A DNA stretch of 54,069 nt, filler included, from Dimargaris cristalligena (lineage: Eukaryota), in NCBI GenBank assembly GCA_003614675.1. It is 3 parts of 3 records of this genome, joined end to end, with 100 filler letters (N's around TTAATTAATTAA, not from the genome) between each part and the next. Parts side by side here need not be neighbours in the genome. Positions count along the whole stretch, not along the records: positions 1 to 17,965 come from ML002783.1; positions 18,066 to 36,022 come from ML002784.1; 1 more part is not named here. One strand, given 5' to 3'. Positions 11,056 through 24,915 of this stretch are shown here, in pieces. A program made the translations under genes and the position numbers. The notes beneath the pieces are model-generated. The model was not told the DNA's origin and made no database searches. It saw only the letters and a program-made list of their open reading frames with translations. How positions within the stretch are numbered: the stretch's first letter is position 1; each line of letters starts with the position of its first letter.

Positions 11056-12907
11056 TTAGAGGTGTCCCCTTCCCATTACTAATACTACCGCTGAACTTAT
11101 AACGGACACGATAAACGGCAAATAACCACCACCTTCACCCGTGACACTTCGCATGGACCGGCCACCGGACGACGTGGGAGTCGCCATGATCGTGACCGTC
11201 GCACTCGGTCCCGACCCTGTCGCCGTTGCCGACGCTGACGCCCGGGCCGTAGTATTATTAGCACTAACGCCGCTGGAGGAGGAGGAGGAGGCGGCGGAGT
11301 CCTTGAACGTCGTGGCGGGATTATACAGCATACTTCCCGGTTCTAAGCCCGTTTCCTGGTGAATCCACGGAATATAATAAGCCACCCGGGTAAATATACT
11401 GACAATATTGGGGGACCCGCACACGGGTTCCGCATCCGTCACATCCGTATCGACACTGGTAATACCCACCAACACGGACTTGGCGAACCCTTTCACACGA
11501 ACTAAAGGCCCCCCGGAATCCCCCTCGCAGGTGTTTTTACCCGCTTCGAGACCGGTGCACACTTGGTCGCCAACTTCAGGGTCGAGGTCCGGGTAGGCCG
11601 CGTCACATATGGCCCCCGAAATGGCCTTGAGTTCGACCGTCATGAGCATGGCACTGCCGTTGGTGTCCGTATCCGCTTGCTTGCCCCAGCCCTCCGCAGT
11701 GAGGGATTCCCCTTCGGCGATGGGGGTGGCATCGATAGTGATGGATTTGACGGTATCATTGAAAGTCAGTGGTTCGGTCAGCTGGATTAAGGCGATATCA
11801 TTCTATATAATAATTTAGAGAAGGAGAAAACATAATAGGGCCGGGGACAAGGGGATAACGAGAAGGTGAAGGTGAAGAAGGGGCGGTAGGGACACCGAAC
11901 AATTAACATTGACATTGATATTTACAAATGAGAATCGGTTAGTTAAGTAGTTAAGGGATATATTTTCCAGCCAAGTTGCGTACAAGCTGTACTTCAAATT
12001 AATGGCTGAAGGGCGCGATAGAGTGATAAAAAGGGGGGTTAAGTCAAGCAGGGTCAGGAAAGGGAGAGGAGGGGGCGGCGGTCGGTTGTGAGCCGTACGG
12101 TCCACGAGACGCCTCGCCGTGAACAAGCCCAATTCCCAATTGAGGATGGGGACCCGATCCGTCGAACTGAGAGGCCAACCAAGTGCTTTGGACAATACTA
12201 AATAAAAAAATAATTCACCGTACAAGTTGGTAATATCCGGCAGTCGGCATAGCCACTTCCGTATCAACTGCACGCCGTCGTCGATTTCCTCTTCTCCGAT
12301 GACCCATTTAACTCGACTGAATTCAGCTCATTAAATATATATATATATATAAACCACTTACCTTGAAATTACTGTTGTTGAAACTCTTGTGTACAATGAC
12401 CTTCTCAACATCGAGCATGAATTTAGTCGTATTGTAAACAGTTCCTACCCCAATTTGTAATTCGGCGGTGGACCGTATGGAATAGGCCGGCAGCTGTATA
12501 CCCGCCGCGGCAGCGGCGGCGGTACTGCCGTCAGGGGATGCCGAGCCGGCATTCGATTTGGGTTTGGTTACGCAGTGGGCGGCCGAAATAAGCCAGCGGT
12601 CGGAAATGATAGAGGCCCCACAAGCGAACTTGGAGTTGATGTGGATGAACCCTGTGGAGGGGAATTGGCCGTGCTCGGTTTGGGCGCCATTGATAATGTG
12701 GGGTTTAAGGACGCGTTTCTTTCCCGTAGCAGCAGGTGGTTGGCCTGGGGTAGCATGGGCGGGTGATGGTGGGGATGTGGTAGTAGGAGAAGTGCCGGTC
12801 AGGTCAGTGGCACTAGTCGGGCGCAATATAAGAATGATAAGGGTGAGTATAACCAGAATATGAGCCATGTAGGTATTGAGCCGGTGATATATACAGAATG
12901 TAGCCAT
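11056..12907 (-). CDS. Secreted S1 (trypsin/chymotrypsin-fold) serine protease with Ser/Thr-rich tail and probable GPI anchor, 2 exons
   Basis: Exons 12907-12362 and 11802-11056 (559-nt GTAAGT..TAG intron, phase 0). Hydrophobic signal, mature N-terminus IING, and catalytic motifs SAAHC, NDIALIQL (created at the splice) and GDSGGP. The Ser/Thr/Ala-rich stalk is followed by the hydrophobic C-terminus YLPFIVSVISSAVVLVM. The start could be Met14 instead. Confidence 0.9.
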
Positions 12908-14380
12908 GTTTGGCTTCTAAGGAAGAGAAATTTTTATAAAAAATATTTTTTTAAACAAAACGATGCTAAGTCTTAGGAAAAGGCGCGGAAATAATACAGT
13001 TAGGTAGTAGTTGGAATGACCGAAACCATAGTATAAAAAAGGCCGGAATTCTGGAATAAGAGTTCGGATAAGTAGGTACGAAGATAAAAATGAAGAGATT
13101 ATAGCGCTTTGCTAAAAAGTCTTTCGGGGCCCATGGGTGGTTAAATAGAAAGTAGAGAACGCCCAAGTGGAACGACACCGAGCAATAAAAGGGGCAAGAG
13201 GAGAAGGGGGAGAAGGAGGGGGAGAGTGGAGGATTGCCGGTGGATGGTTAATAGGCACCGGGGCGCGTACCTTGTCGAAAGGGCCCGTAACTTTACACGT
13301 CCGTATCGGGCAGCCACCTCACTAGTCTAGTAGGGCCGGTGCCTTGCCTATCGATAGCAAGTCCCTCTGTAGCCATCTTTATGGAATAAGAAGACCTCCC
13401 CCCCCCTCCTAATATACTAGGATACAGCAGAAAACGGCGACTCCAGGGCTTCCCCCACACATACCACTCGGCGACTACCCATATACTAATAGTCGAGGAC
13501 GGGGTGGGGAGGGAGGGTTGGCTCCATCCTCGCTCCCCTATCTCATTCTCGAGATACGGCGATCACTCCAGTGTCGCCCTCCCCCCCGCATTGTTGAGGC
13601 CTCATTATAGTTGGACGGTCTTGGTTTAAAGCTGGGGGATAAAGAGGGCGGGACGGATGGAAAGACGAATCGAAAAAATAGAACATTTGGACTGGACTGG
13701 ATTGGACTGGACCGGGGCGATCGTGCCCATACCTTTGGTTTTAATCATCGACCTCCTCGTCCGTTCGCCCGCCCTCTACCTCCCTAATTTTGGTCTATTC
13801 ATATATTTAAGCTAAGCGAAAAGGAGTGGAAAACCCCTCTCCCTCCTTCACGCTTTTCTTAAATTTAACTACAACTACCAGATGTAATAACCTACACCAA
13901 TATTAATGTATACGCTTCGTTTAGCTAACATTTTAGATCTAAAATACATAAGCACCCACCCACACATACATACACATACATCCGTGACCGGCCCACCAAT
14001 TTAAACCACCATCCAATACCAATAGTACATGGACGATCGTGTCCATTTGGGTCTCGGGAAGCTTTGAGGAAGGCTTATACCCCGACGATGGACGTGCCTC
14101 CGATTACCGACACCCCATTATGTTGTACGTAACAATAGCCACCAACCGAAGGAGGGCAACGGGGGAGGATGAACGGATATTGGACTCTCGCCTACAATTT
14201 TATAAGCCATTTCTTTGATTGTATTTTTTACGATCAACCCGGCGCGATATGCACATCTGGACCATTAGCACTGGCAACCACAGGGTATATGGGTGAAGGA
14301 CTACTGCCCAGTTGGTCTACATATAGGGCGAGGCAGTTCCAGGCTTATGCAATGCTTCGTAGTAGTTGACTTGCCCAGGG

Positions 14381-14400
14381 AGAGAGAGAGAGAGAGAGAG
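14381..14400. repeat. (AG)10 microsatellite
   Basis: Read directly in the intergenic sequence. Confidence 0.9.
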
Positions 14401-15025
14401 TTCCGTGAGCCCATCATGATAAACGATGATGGCTGGTCTGGAATACTTCTCCGGCATATTGGAGACGTATTAAACTCTTTACCCATTCGCTTGTAAAAGA
14501 TAAGTTTAAGCGGTAAGGAAATAGGAGGGGGGGCGTGGTTACCCATTGACCTTCATCACCTCACCTCCCACCAACTGGATTGATTAGGACTATTCTAAAA
14601 CATGTTTTTTTTATAATAAAAATAATACTCTGTGCGACTACCGCCCAGACAAGTGGTTCTTAAAAATCGAAGGCAAACTAAACCGTTCGATGTATAGATT
14701 TTATAGGAGTTGGGTATGAATAGGACTAAAAATAGATACGAGACGAGGTAAAGGCAAGGGGAAATGATTGACAGTTAAATATATATATATATATATATAT
14801 ACATATATATTTATAGAGGATAAAGAGAGGGGGTAGTGGGGAGTGGATGTAGCAAACCCTAACCAAACCACAATATAACCAGGAAATATATATATATATA
14901 TATAAATCAATTGGAATGAAAATGATACGAATAACCCACCCACCACCACGTTGGTCGAATTAGCTAGTGGACATGTGGTAGTAGTGCCCCCTCATCATTG
15001 GCATTGCTTGATTTTACTAATCGCT

Positions 15026-15994
15026 CTATACGATGGGCTTAGTCTGGGTAATACCCTGACCCTCGAAGATGCCGTGGAAGAAGGGGATAAGTTGTTGGGC
15101 AATGGTGAACGAGAAGATCAGCTTGGGGCCAACGACCAGAATCTTGGGGGTGAGACCCTTGAAGAAGGCACCCATGCCTTCGTTCCGGACCATCTTGGAG
15201 ATGATGGACATGCCACTTTCGGGAGCATCAAAAGGCTTGTTCTGGATACGGGTCTTGACCACATCCAAGGGGGCGGCCACGGTAATGGAAGCCACGGCAC
15301 CACCGATGGAAGCGAAGAAGTTCTGCAGGAAAGTAGCCTTTGAGTAATCGGACAAGCCGCATAGGTATTCCTTAACGAACGCGGCACCACCGAAGAGGGC
15401 GAAAGAGCCGGGGGCGTTACGGGCGGCGGTCCACATACCCCCGCGGTACAGACCGAGACCTTCGTCCCGCACGATACCAAAGATATTGCGGCCCTTGAGA
15501 GACTCGGGGTTCGTTTGGGATTTAATCTTCAAAACGTCCAAAGGAAGCAGGGCCACCTCACCGATACCGACCAGCGAACCGGCGGTCGCGTGCATGATGG
15601 TTTTGCCGGTTTTATCGCCAAACAGACGGGCAAAGGTGTCCCGGTGGTTCGTATCGAGGTAGTCCTTGACGTAGGGCTGCCCGCCGAACTTATACATGCG
15701 CTGCAGGACCTTGTAACCGGCGGCGAAACCCAGGCCGGGGAACAGGGAGAGGTAGCGGCTCAGGACGGACTGCTCGGCGGCATTCTTGAACAGAACGGTG
15801 TTGAGATTGGCCATACCCTGGGCCACGGGAGCTCCGGGCACGAACAGACGGGCCTGGTTACTCATGAGACGCTTGGCAACGGTGTCGACGGGGTGGAAAA
15901 TCACCAGTTCCAGGATCCCGGCACAGCCCGACCCGGCCATGCGGGCGTAACCCGACTCGGAGTGCTTCGATTTGCCACTGCCAATGGGACTCAT
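15026..15994 (-). CDS. GGC1: Mitochondrial GTP/GDP carrier (SLC25 family), intronless, 322 aa
   Basis: ATG at 15994 gives MSPIGSGKSKHSESGYARMAGSGCAGILELVIFHPVDTVAKRLMSN. Three Px[D/E]xx[K/R] carrier signatures (PVDTVAKR, PLDVLKIK, PLDVVKTR) plus the Ggc1/Yhm1-type SLFPGLGFAAGYKVLQRMYKFGGQP and WTAARNAPGSFALFGG. Confidence 0.93.
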   Translation of the reverse strand: MSPIGSGKSKHSESGYARMAGSGCAGILELVIFHPVDTVAKRLMSNQARLFVPGAPVAQGMANLNTVLFKNAAEQSVLSRYLSLFPGLGFAAGYKVLQRMYKFGGQPYVKDYLDTNHRDTFARLFGDKTGKTIMHATAGSLVGIGEVALLPLDVLKIKSQTNPESLKGRNIFGIVRDEGLGLYRGGMWTAARNAPGSFALFGGAAFVKEYLCGLSDYSKATFLQNFFASIGGAVASITVAAPLDVVKTRIQNKPFDAPESGMSIISKMVRNEGMGAFFKGLTPKILVVGPKLIFSFTIAQQLIPFFHGIFEGQGITQTKPIV

Positions 15995-17910
15995 TGTGTG
16001 GGATATAGTCAAGGAACTGCCTTGGTAAGAGAACGAAGAAAAGGGGAGTGGGCTGAGGGAAAGTAACGGGTCTAGAGATCGAGGAGCGGGGGGATCCAAG
16101 GAAAAGTGCAGGAGGAGCCGAATATAAACCAACAAGGGAAGACAAGACGGTGAGGTGGGGAGTAATATAGTATATAGTATGGGGTTTGGCTCAACTAGCT
16201 TGACGCAAAAAGAGAACGGGTGAGTCTCTACTATAATAGAGATTGGTAGTAAGTAAGTAAGTAGATAATTTTACTAGCATCAAATGGATCAGGCCCAATT
16301 AATCTATTTTCTGATTGGGAAAAAAAATATCCCCATCGCCTCCCATTTGGCCCGGCTTGCCGCGCGTATAAATGAGTCAGGCGGACTCTTCTCCCACTGT
16401 ATCTAATCCGCCCCAGAGAAGCAGATACAACACCCAGCCTCGTCTGGGGTTACACACAATGTACATGTCTGGCTGCTAAACACCGCAAGATACGGTTCAG
16501 CCGGGTTTAGTGTAATTACCTTGCCAATGGGGATTTCGCGGAAATATATAGGGCCGTCTTAAGTTAGTTATACAAAAATTAATTATCGAGCAGATATATA
16601 TATATATATATACGGAAGAGAGTCTCACCCAACTGATTAGGAAGAAATAGTAACAGTAAAAGTAGTAACTAAGATGAACTAGGGGCCAAACTGAATTCGT
16701 CGCCAGCAGCGGGCCTATTTATATACATTTGCACGTATAGCACACCCAACCTATCTCGTACAGCTTGGCGAATAGGCCACGGAGAATTGCGTGGCATGTA
16801 GAATATACCGGGATTACCAGCCCTCACCATTCTTCTTCCATCAACTCCCTCATCCTCTCCCTCCCCACGTTCGCTATGCCATAGATAATGAAATGCCCCC
16901 CCCCTTTACTGGGAAATTCTTCATGCCCTTCCCCTGTGTCGGGCTGACCGCCCCGGTACTAAAGAACAAGTCGAATGAATGACTATTTAATGATTAATCT
17001 CTGTCCCGGCCGGTTCCACCAGCGCGCATACCAATCGGTTATCTGTCTACGCCAGTCACATTGGCTAGCGACCTCCATTTTCCCCTTTTGTACATGTGTG
17101 TTTTAAAGGACCAGTGAGTGGCGGTCTCTTTCCAATCCAATCCAAACGCACATACACATTTATATATAGGTTACATGGGGTTCTTTACTGTTGGGATCCT
17201 GAAATTCGAAAGACAGGGAGAAAGACCCCAGAAATCCACCGCCGTGGATTCTTTCCCCCCCTCTCTCTCTCTCTCTCACCAACACTATTAGCAAGCGGTT
17301 ATTTGCTGGTTGGGAGATAGACCAAAGCAGCCATGACCCAATACAAACCAAGGCACGCAACCCAATGACCAATCAGCTATATATTCCAGCGAAACCTCCC
17401 TCTACACACTAGCGGAAAGTTTAGGAACCCAGTGGATCAACCATTGGCCCTGCCGGTTTATTCCGCGTGTCCCTCTCTCTCTCCTCACCAGTATGGAAAA
17501 TATACACATAAACTCCCCCCCCCCGTTTATTAAGGTGAATTGTGCCTGCTATTCATTATTTGTCCGTGATTTTTATTTAAAATTAACTAAACAAATGCCG
17601 TGACCAAGAAGAAAACTATCCGAAATGGACTAATGCAATGCGTGGATTTTATAATACGCCAAACTAATGCTACTGATGATGCACTCTTCAGCACTTTATG
17701 ATTGTATGATTAAAAGCTACCTGAACTACTATCGTCCATCCGAAAGTAAAAGGCCCCTGCGTCCGTGATAAAGTTCAATAAAATCAGACAGGATAACTTC
17801 AGCCCATTTATATGTATATATGAGTGTGTATAGGGGAGTGGAGACCTGCCAACAGCCAAACCCAATGCTTCGGGCTCAAAATAATTGCACCATTTACCCA
17901 GTCACCCACC

Positions 17911-17965
17911 ATATGGGTGAAGTTCAGCTTGGCTGTATAAGAGTTTAACTGATATGTGTATGGGA
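17911..17965 (+). repeat. Dispersed repeat, copy truncated at contig end
   Basis: 49/55 identity by eye to 40770-40824, and a weaker match to the sequence from 21638. Confidence 0.75.
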
Positions 17966-18065
17966 NNNNNNNNNNNNNNNNNNNNNNNNNNNNNNNNNNN
18001 NNNNNNNNNTTAATTAATTAANNNNNNNNNNNNNNNNNNNNNNNNNNNNNNNNNNNNNNNNNNNN
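17966..18065. other. Artificial contig linker (N44-TTAATTAATTAA-N44)
   Basis: 100-nt N run with a central 12-mer carrying stop codons in all six frames. Confidence 0.97.
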
Positions 18066-19236
18066 ACTAACATTGGTAAAGTTGGAAGGGCATGTCTAGC
18101 CATACAAAAGAAAGGGCCAACCTTATCCGACCAATAGGGCTAACAGTCTGAGCGAATTAGGCGATAAGGGTAATTTTTACGGAGTGGTTCCTTTTCGGCA
18201 CACTCCAACTACCCACACTTAACTTCATCACCATTGCCATTACCTAGTCTATTATGCGATGTGAAAAACTACTGTTACTGACTGTGGACTGGCCTTCACC
18301 TAATGCTATTGTGTTGGTTGAGCTGTGCCGATGATATCCATTACATAGCAATCACTGAGAGATCCATGCCATAAGTGGTTTCTAACAAGTAGTCTTTTTT
18401 TTAAAAAAAAAGGGGGGGTAATCCCTGGGATACTACGCTGGGAAATAGGCCGATTCAATTGCAATCCAAATATTTAATAGAAAGCTGAGCAGGATGGGTG
18501 GGGGAATAATGGATGTTTCTTTAGTAATAAAAAAACAGAACCAAACCCGAAGACGGAAAGAGCTTCGTCGGAAGCCAGGAAATTGTAAGACAAGCTAAGG
18601 GTGAGAGTGAAAAAAAGAACACTGTAAAAAAAGGGAAGTGGGGAGACAGACAGGAGGAAAGAAAAGGTGAGGGTGAAGATCACACAATACCTCTTAAATC
18701 AATACATGATAATCACAGTACTATAAACACGACAATGAAATCACTAAGGAAACCAACGCCGGAGACTAGACCAAAGTCTCAGAACATTGACTATTTCATT
18801 GTCAGACTGTTACGATTTAGAAGTTTGAATTAAGGGGGGTGAAAGATAAAAGTGAAGGAGAGGGGAGAGAAGCAGGCCAACCGATGCTTGGGGACTAGGG
18901 ATGAATACGACACTTGAGGGGGAAGATAGACGAAATGAAGAAAAGGAAATGGTGTGGGGAGGGGTAGTATAATAATGGATAGTAGGAGCCAACCCCAAAG
19001 TCAACTTCAAAAACATGAATCGGAGAGACCCTTAAAGAGAAATATGGAGGAGAAGGGGGGAGGGAACGCACGCACACTAAAAACGAAATCTTAAAAAAGA
19101 CTCATATACTCACACACAACAAGTAGCCGTCCCGCCATAGCCTAAAAGCACCGAACCGAACTGCACCCTCCACGCTGGTACACACGAAAACCGGGTAAGC
19201 CAAATAGAACACGCGGAATATAGGAGGTGGGTAAAT

Positions 19237-20578
<1,342 letters not shown>

Positions 20579-21637
20579 CTAGCGTAAGATGAAAGGGGTT
20601 TTGAAAGAGAAGTTGAAAAATGAACAGAATATGGAAAAATAGAACAGAATAAAACCTGGCAATGGACCGAGAGAGATGATAAGACACGGGGGGAGCAGAA
20701 GAGGAGGAGGACTAAGGGAGAGGACAACAGGGCGAATCTAACTCAGTGGGGGGGGGGTATTCCCCATTCTCTCTCCCACTTCACCCAAGGATGTCCGCCG
20801 GCTGGGGCAGGAAGGAGGTCACGACGACCATCACACATGTCCCTCTCCTGTTGGCATGTCTGCGTGGGGACTTTTCTTGATCCGGGTGGGAAAGACCTTT
20901 CGGTCATGGATGCTGGGCCTGAAACTGACACTAATCACCCCTATTCTTTATAATGTATGCCCGTTCACTATGAAACCCCGCGCACCCTTTCGCTCTGGAG
21001 AACAAATACAATCGCCCCACGGCCTATTCACTCTGTATAACCCCCCCTATCAGCTCTATACTCTCCACTTATAAGATTGCAATTATCATAGGCTATAGCT
21101 TAAAAAGCACTAGGCAAATAATGATAAACGAACCAGCTATACAACATACCCCACCAATACCGAGCTTAATAATTAGACCACTTAGTTTATTAGAGTAATT
21201 ATCAACGCATTCCCCCCCCAATCGAATTCATCCACGAGACAGCTGTTGACCCGCCCCGCTATTCCTAAGGAAATATGGGCAGTGTAAAATAATATCTACT
21301 ACCTGCCCACTATTTATTATACTACCCCAATATGTGGTTCCATCCGATTGACCAAGCAATCTGGGGAGCTATGATATACGAACACAATGCGGGAGGAGTG
21401 GATTACTAGGCCTAGTGATGACTATCATAAGGGCATGCAAAAGCCTACATATGGGGCTGCCACACCCCAATAATCTAAACTATATACATAATACACGCAC
21501 GAGAGGCTTGAAAACGTACTCGGCACATAATTTTTATGTAAATAAGCAGCCGCGTAGCATAGGTTTGTATGTCCCTGTGATTTATCTCAAAGCAACAGCA
21601 TACCCCACTAACACATCCCTTAACCACACCACTATTA

Positions 21638-21782
21638 ATATGAGTGAACTTCAACCCAACTGTATAAGATTTTACACAATAAATGTATAGGATAATGTGG
21701 GAGAATAACTTTTGACCAGTAATATTTATACCTCATCAAATGGATTATTCGTTATACAGCATGAATGAACTGTTGCCATATA
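21638..21782 (+). repeat. Dispersed repeat copy (diverged)
   Basis: Collinear shared blocks with 40770-40912: ATATGAGTGAA, CTGTATAAG, TGTAT, ACCAGTA.TATTT, CCTCATCAAA.GGATT.TTCGTTAT.CAGC, TGAACT. Confidence 0.65.
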
Positions 21783-22132
21783 CTTACGTATTTTATTCAT
21801 ATTAACTATCGACTAATTCAGCTAACTCGCCACTATACTTTCAAATCCTTTACACAGATATATAGCACCATAAGTTCAACATTTCATTTCATTCCAAGTT
21901 CACCCATGTACACAGCAGAAAAATGGTTTTTATGGCCAACGAGGACCGAGATTGGTATTTAAAATTTCCAGTAATTACAATGAGACGTTGGTCCCAAAAC
22001 CAGAGTTAGCGGGGAGGGGAAAGAGATGGTGGGTTATTAAGGGGGGGTTGGTGAAGAAAGCGAAATGAAGGTATGAGGGGATACGTATCGAGAGTAGAAC
22101 TACAAAACCACATATCGTAAGTATGTATTATT

Positions 22133-23070
22133 TTAAAGCTTGTTGAAAGCCTGGATATCGACGGACTGGACGTGGTCCTCGAACTCGACAATCTTATCTT
22201 CCAGATCGGCAGTGGAGACCTTGTCGTCTTCAATGACGGCACCAATCTGGAGCTTCTTGATACCGAAACCGACGGGCAGGAGCTGGGACTTGCCCCAGGT
22301 CAGACCGGGCATCTCAATGGAACGGACGTGGGCTTCGAGCTCGGCCATGTTGGTCTCATCATCCCAGGGCTTGACGTCGAAGAGGACCATGGACTTAGCG
22401 ATCACGGTAGGCTTGGTGGCCTTCTTGGCGCGGTACTCAGCCAGACGCTGCTCCTTGAGGCGCTCGGCTTCCTCGTCAACCTCGTCGTCACTGCCGAAGA
22501 GGTCAATGTCATCATCTTCCTCGGCCTCAGCGGCGGCAGCAGCGGGGGCGGCGAAGGACTTGGCAGCATCACCGTGGGAGGCGATGTGCTTGTACCAGCG
22601 GGCGGCGTGGGGGTAGGCCTGGGCGTTGGGGGCCTCGGTCAGGACGGCGAAGAGCTCACTGTCCAACTGGGAAGGAGTGAAACTAGAATCGACAGATATA
22701 AGGTATAGATACGTATATATGTGGAAAACAAAGTTAGTAGGGTGGTTTGGAAACACAGACTACTCGCTCCGGCGATAATACATAGGGATACTCTTTCTCT
22801 TCGATAAGAGAAGAGGGCTCAGTTAAGTTTGAAACTTGACAAGGTTGTCTTCAGGAAAGTTGGGTTCTCACGCCCACCAAGGTCAGAAACACGGACAATA
22901 ATCGTCAGGGCCGCACCCATCGACAGAAGACTAGGATATATAGACTAGTCTTCGTTTTATAAAGGCATGAAAGAGAGAAGTGTAGCTTACCCTTCAATGT
23001 AGGAGGCGGCTTCGAGGTGGCCGTTGAGGACCTTGACGAAGGATTCGGTGTTCAGGGTGACGGTAGACAT
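22133..23070 (-). CDS. EFB1: Translation elongation factor 1-beta (eEF1B), 2 exons
   Basis: Exon 1 23070-22991 ([27 protein letters not shown]), 308-nt phase-2 intron, exon 2 22682-22133. Motifs [39 protein letters not shown] and [12 protein letters not shown]. Confidence 0.96.
22815..22912 (-). ncRNA. SNR18: U18 (snR18/SNORD18) box C/D snoRNA inside the EF-1beta intron
   Basis: Minus strand has variant box C TGACGA (22907-22902), guide GTCCGTGTTT, box D' CTGA (22886-22883), a C'-like GTGAGA and box D CTGA (22822-22819), with a short GGC/GCC terminal stem. GTCCGTGTTTCTGA is the U18 signature, complementary to LSU rRNA GAAACACGGAC. Yeast snR18 is also hosted in the EFB1 intron. Ends are approximate. 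Confidence 0.88.
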
Positions 23071-24915
23071 ATTGAAGGAGAGAATATAAAGAAGAGAAGT
23101 GTAATGGTACAAGAGAAGAGAGAAAAGAACCTGAGGATCTAAGTAGGACCTATCCCCTGCGCCTTTATACTAGTAGCCTGGAGGCCGTATAAGCATATAG
23201 CCTACCGGCGCTTCTTCCCCAACAACAATCCCCCCCTGCCCAAGCCAAAACCGGTGCCTAACCCACCCATACACGCACACTCGCTGCTATTCGAGGCCTG
23301 GATTTTTTTTCATTAGTACTGGGTAGGAGGACACACCCACCATGAATGAATGTGAATGGGGGGAGAGGGGATTTTTTTTGCGTTAGGATCAATGGGCCCT
23401 ACACATTGGACAGCGTGGTGGCATGCTCGGTTGCTGGGGTCACCGAATGGATTAGAAGGATCAATCTATTACACCAATAGGAACTGTCGGGCCAGAGCCC
23501 TAGGCCACTCTGGGCCAATCAACCTCTCCCACTGTGAAAAAAATTGGGCGGGTTAATCCCCATGGATTCTCCCACCTATCTACCACTCCTCTCCTTCTTG
23601 CTAACCAGCCACTGTATTCGGCGACCTTTCAATGTGCAAATAATCGCATATCTCACCCACTCGCCTTCATTTCTACTCGACTCCTATGGAGGAATGAGGA
23701 CGGACGACTACACCGCCACTCCACCCCGCCCAGTTCCTAAGAGAGGCGCGCGTCCATTGGCACTATATTGCACCCAATACATACCAGCCATACTATACTT
23801 TTGCTACACAACACCTACACTCTTCCTTAGTCATAGAGAATGTAACACCCCCCCTCCACTATAGTACACACACGCACTACACAATCATCCACCCCAAGCT
23901 AGGCCACTATTTATTCCACCTCACCTAATAATGTCACGTGTAGGTCATGTGACCTTAACCTACCCACCCGCTCCTCTCTCCGTCCGCATTCCCGAGCCCT
24001 TGCTTCCAAGTCCGAACTTCAAAAGGAAATGTTATCAAACACATTACAGGGTACCTCGTCTCGGATCACCCCATATGTAATAGGCCTGGTAATCTGCAAG
24101 GTTCTCTTTGCCTGGTCCTGCTATTCCTTTAGCAGGGGATAGATTTCCTCCCCTAGTCCCCAACCGCTTTTAAGCTCCGGCTTGTACGAGGTGTTCAGGA
24201 AATTAGATGTCGGTAGATGCACCTCTGATAGAGTGGCTGTCCCCAAATGCAGCAGTGGCTGACTGACGTTTCATGGCCCTGTTTCATGAACGTATAATTT
24301 AGCTGGGAACCCGGGAAATCGTCCGACGCAACTATTAGAGTCCCATATAATACCGGTTCGGTTAGGGACAGAGCAATTAATCCATAGTTGACCCTAGCCA
24401 TCCTCAGCCTAATGGGAGAGCCCTCCTCTATATTCCCGGTTTTGTTTACTAATGGAGCTTAGTTTGGATGCTTTGTATACCACATTATTAAAATCGAAGA
24501 CAGCTTGCGCTGGTCTAGTCAATGGGCAACAATGTCGACTCCGAAACCAAAGGAAAGGGTAAAGGACGTGGGGGTTGTTCGGCGGTTAGTAGCGAGTGAG
24601 AGAGAACACCGGCCCGGCCCTGACTGGTGTATTTTCTCCGTAGAGTAATAGATTCAGGCCAGCACAACGGCCCTCACGAAATCGTACCCCCAGGTGAGCA
24701 AGTGGCTTTCACTCCCAACCTCGCCCATTCCTGGCAACCCAACCCGAATCGACTCAATTACCCACCTGTGGTCTAGTCTATTGCATTCTTCCGCATTGAA
24801 TTCCTAGCCATTCGAAACCTAAGTCGGCCTCCACTTCAGTCCAGCCTGCCAGTCAAACTATCCGATCTGTCGTCTCTCCTGCGTAAAGGAAAGTAAAAAT
24901 ACCGGCCCAACCACC

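Noticed and set aside
11815..12273. 152-aa ORF inside the protease intron, possible extra exon
   Set aside because: Exon 1 joins directly to NDIAL with correct S1 spacing. The candidate internal exon has a stop in the required phase.
18010..18021. TTAATTAATTAA as a biological motif (for example a piggyBac TTAA site)
   Set aside because: It is centred in N runs and repeated identically at 36067-36078, so it is an assembly linker.
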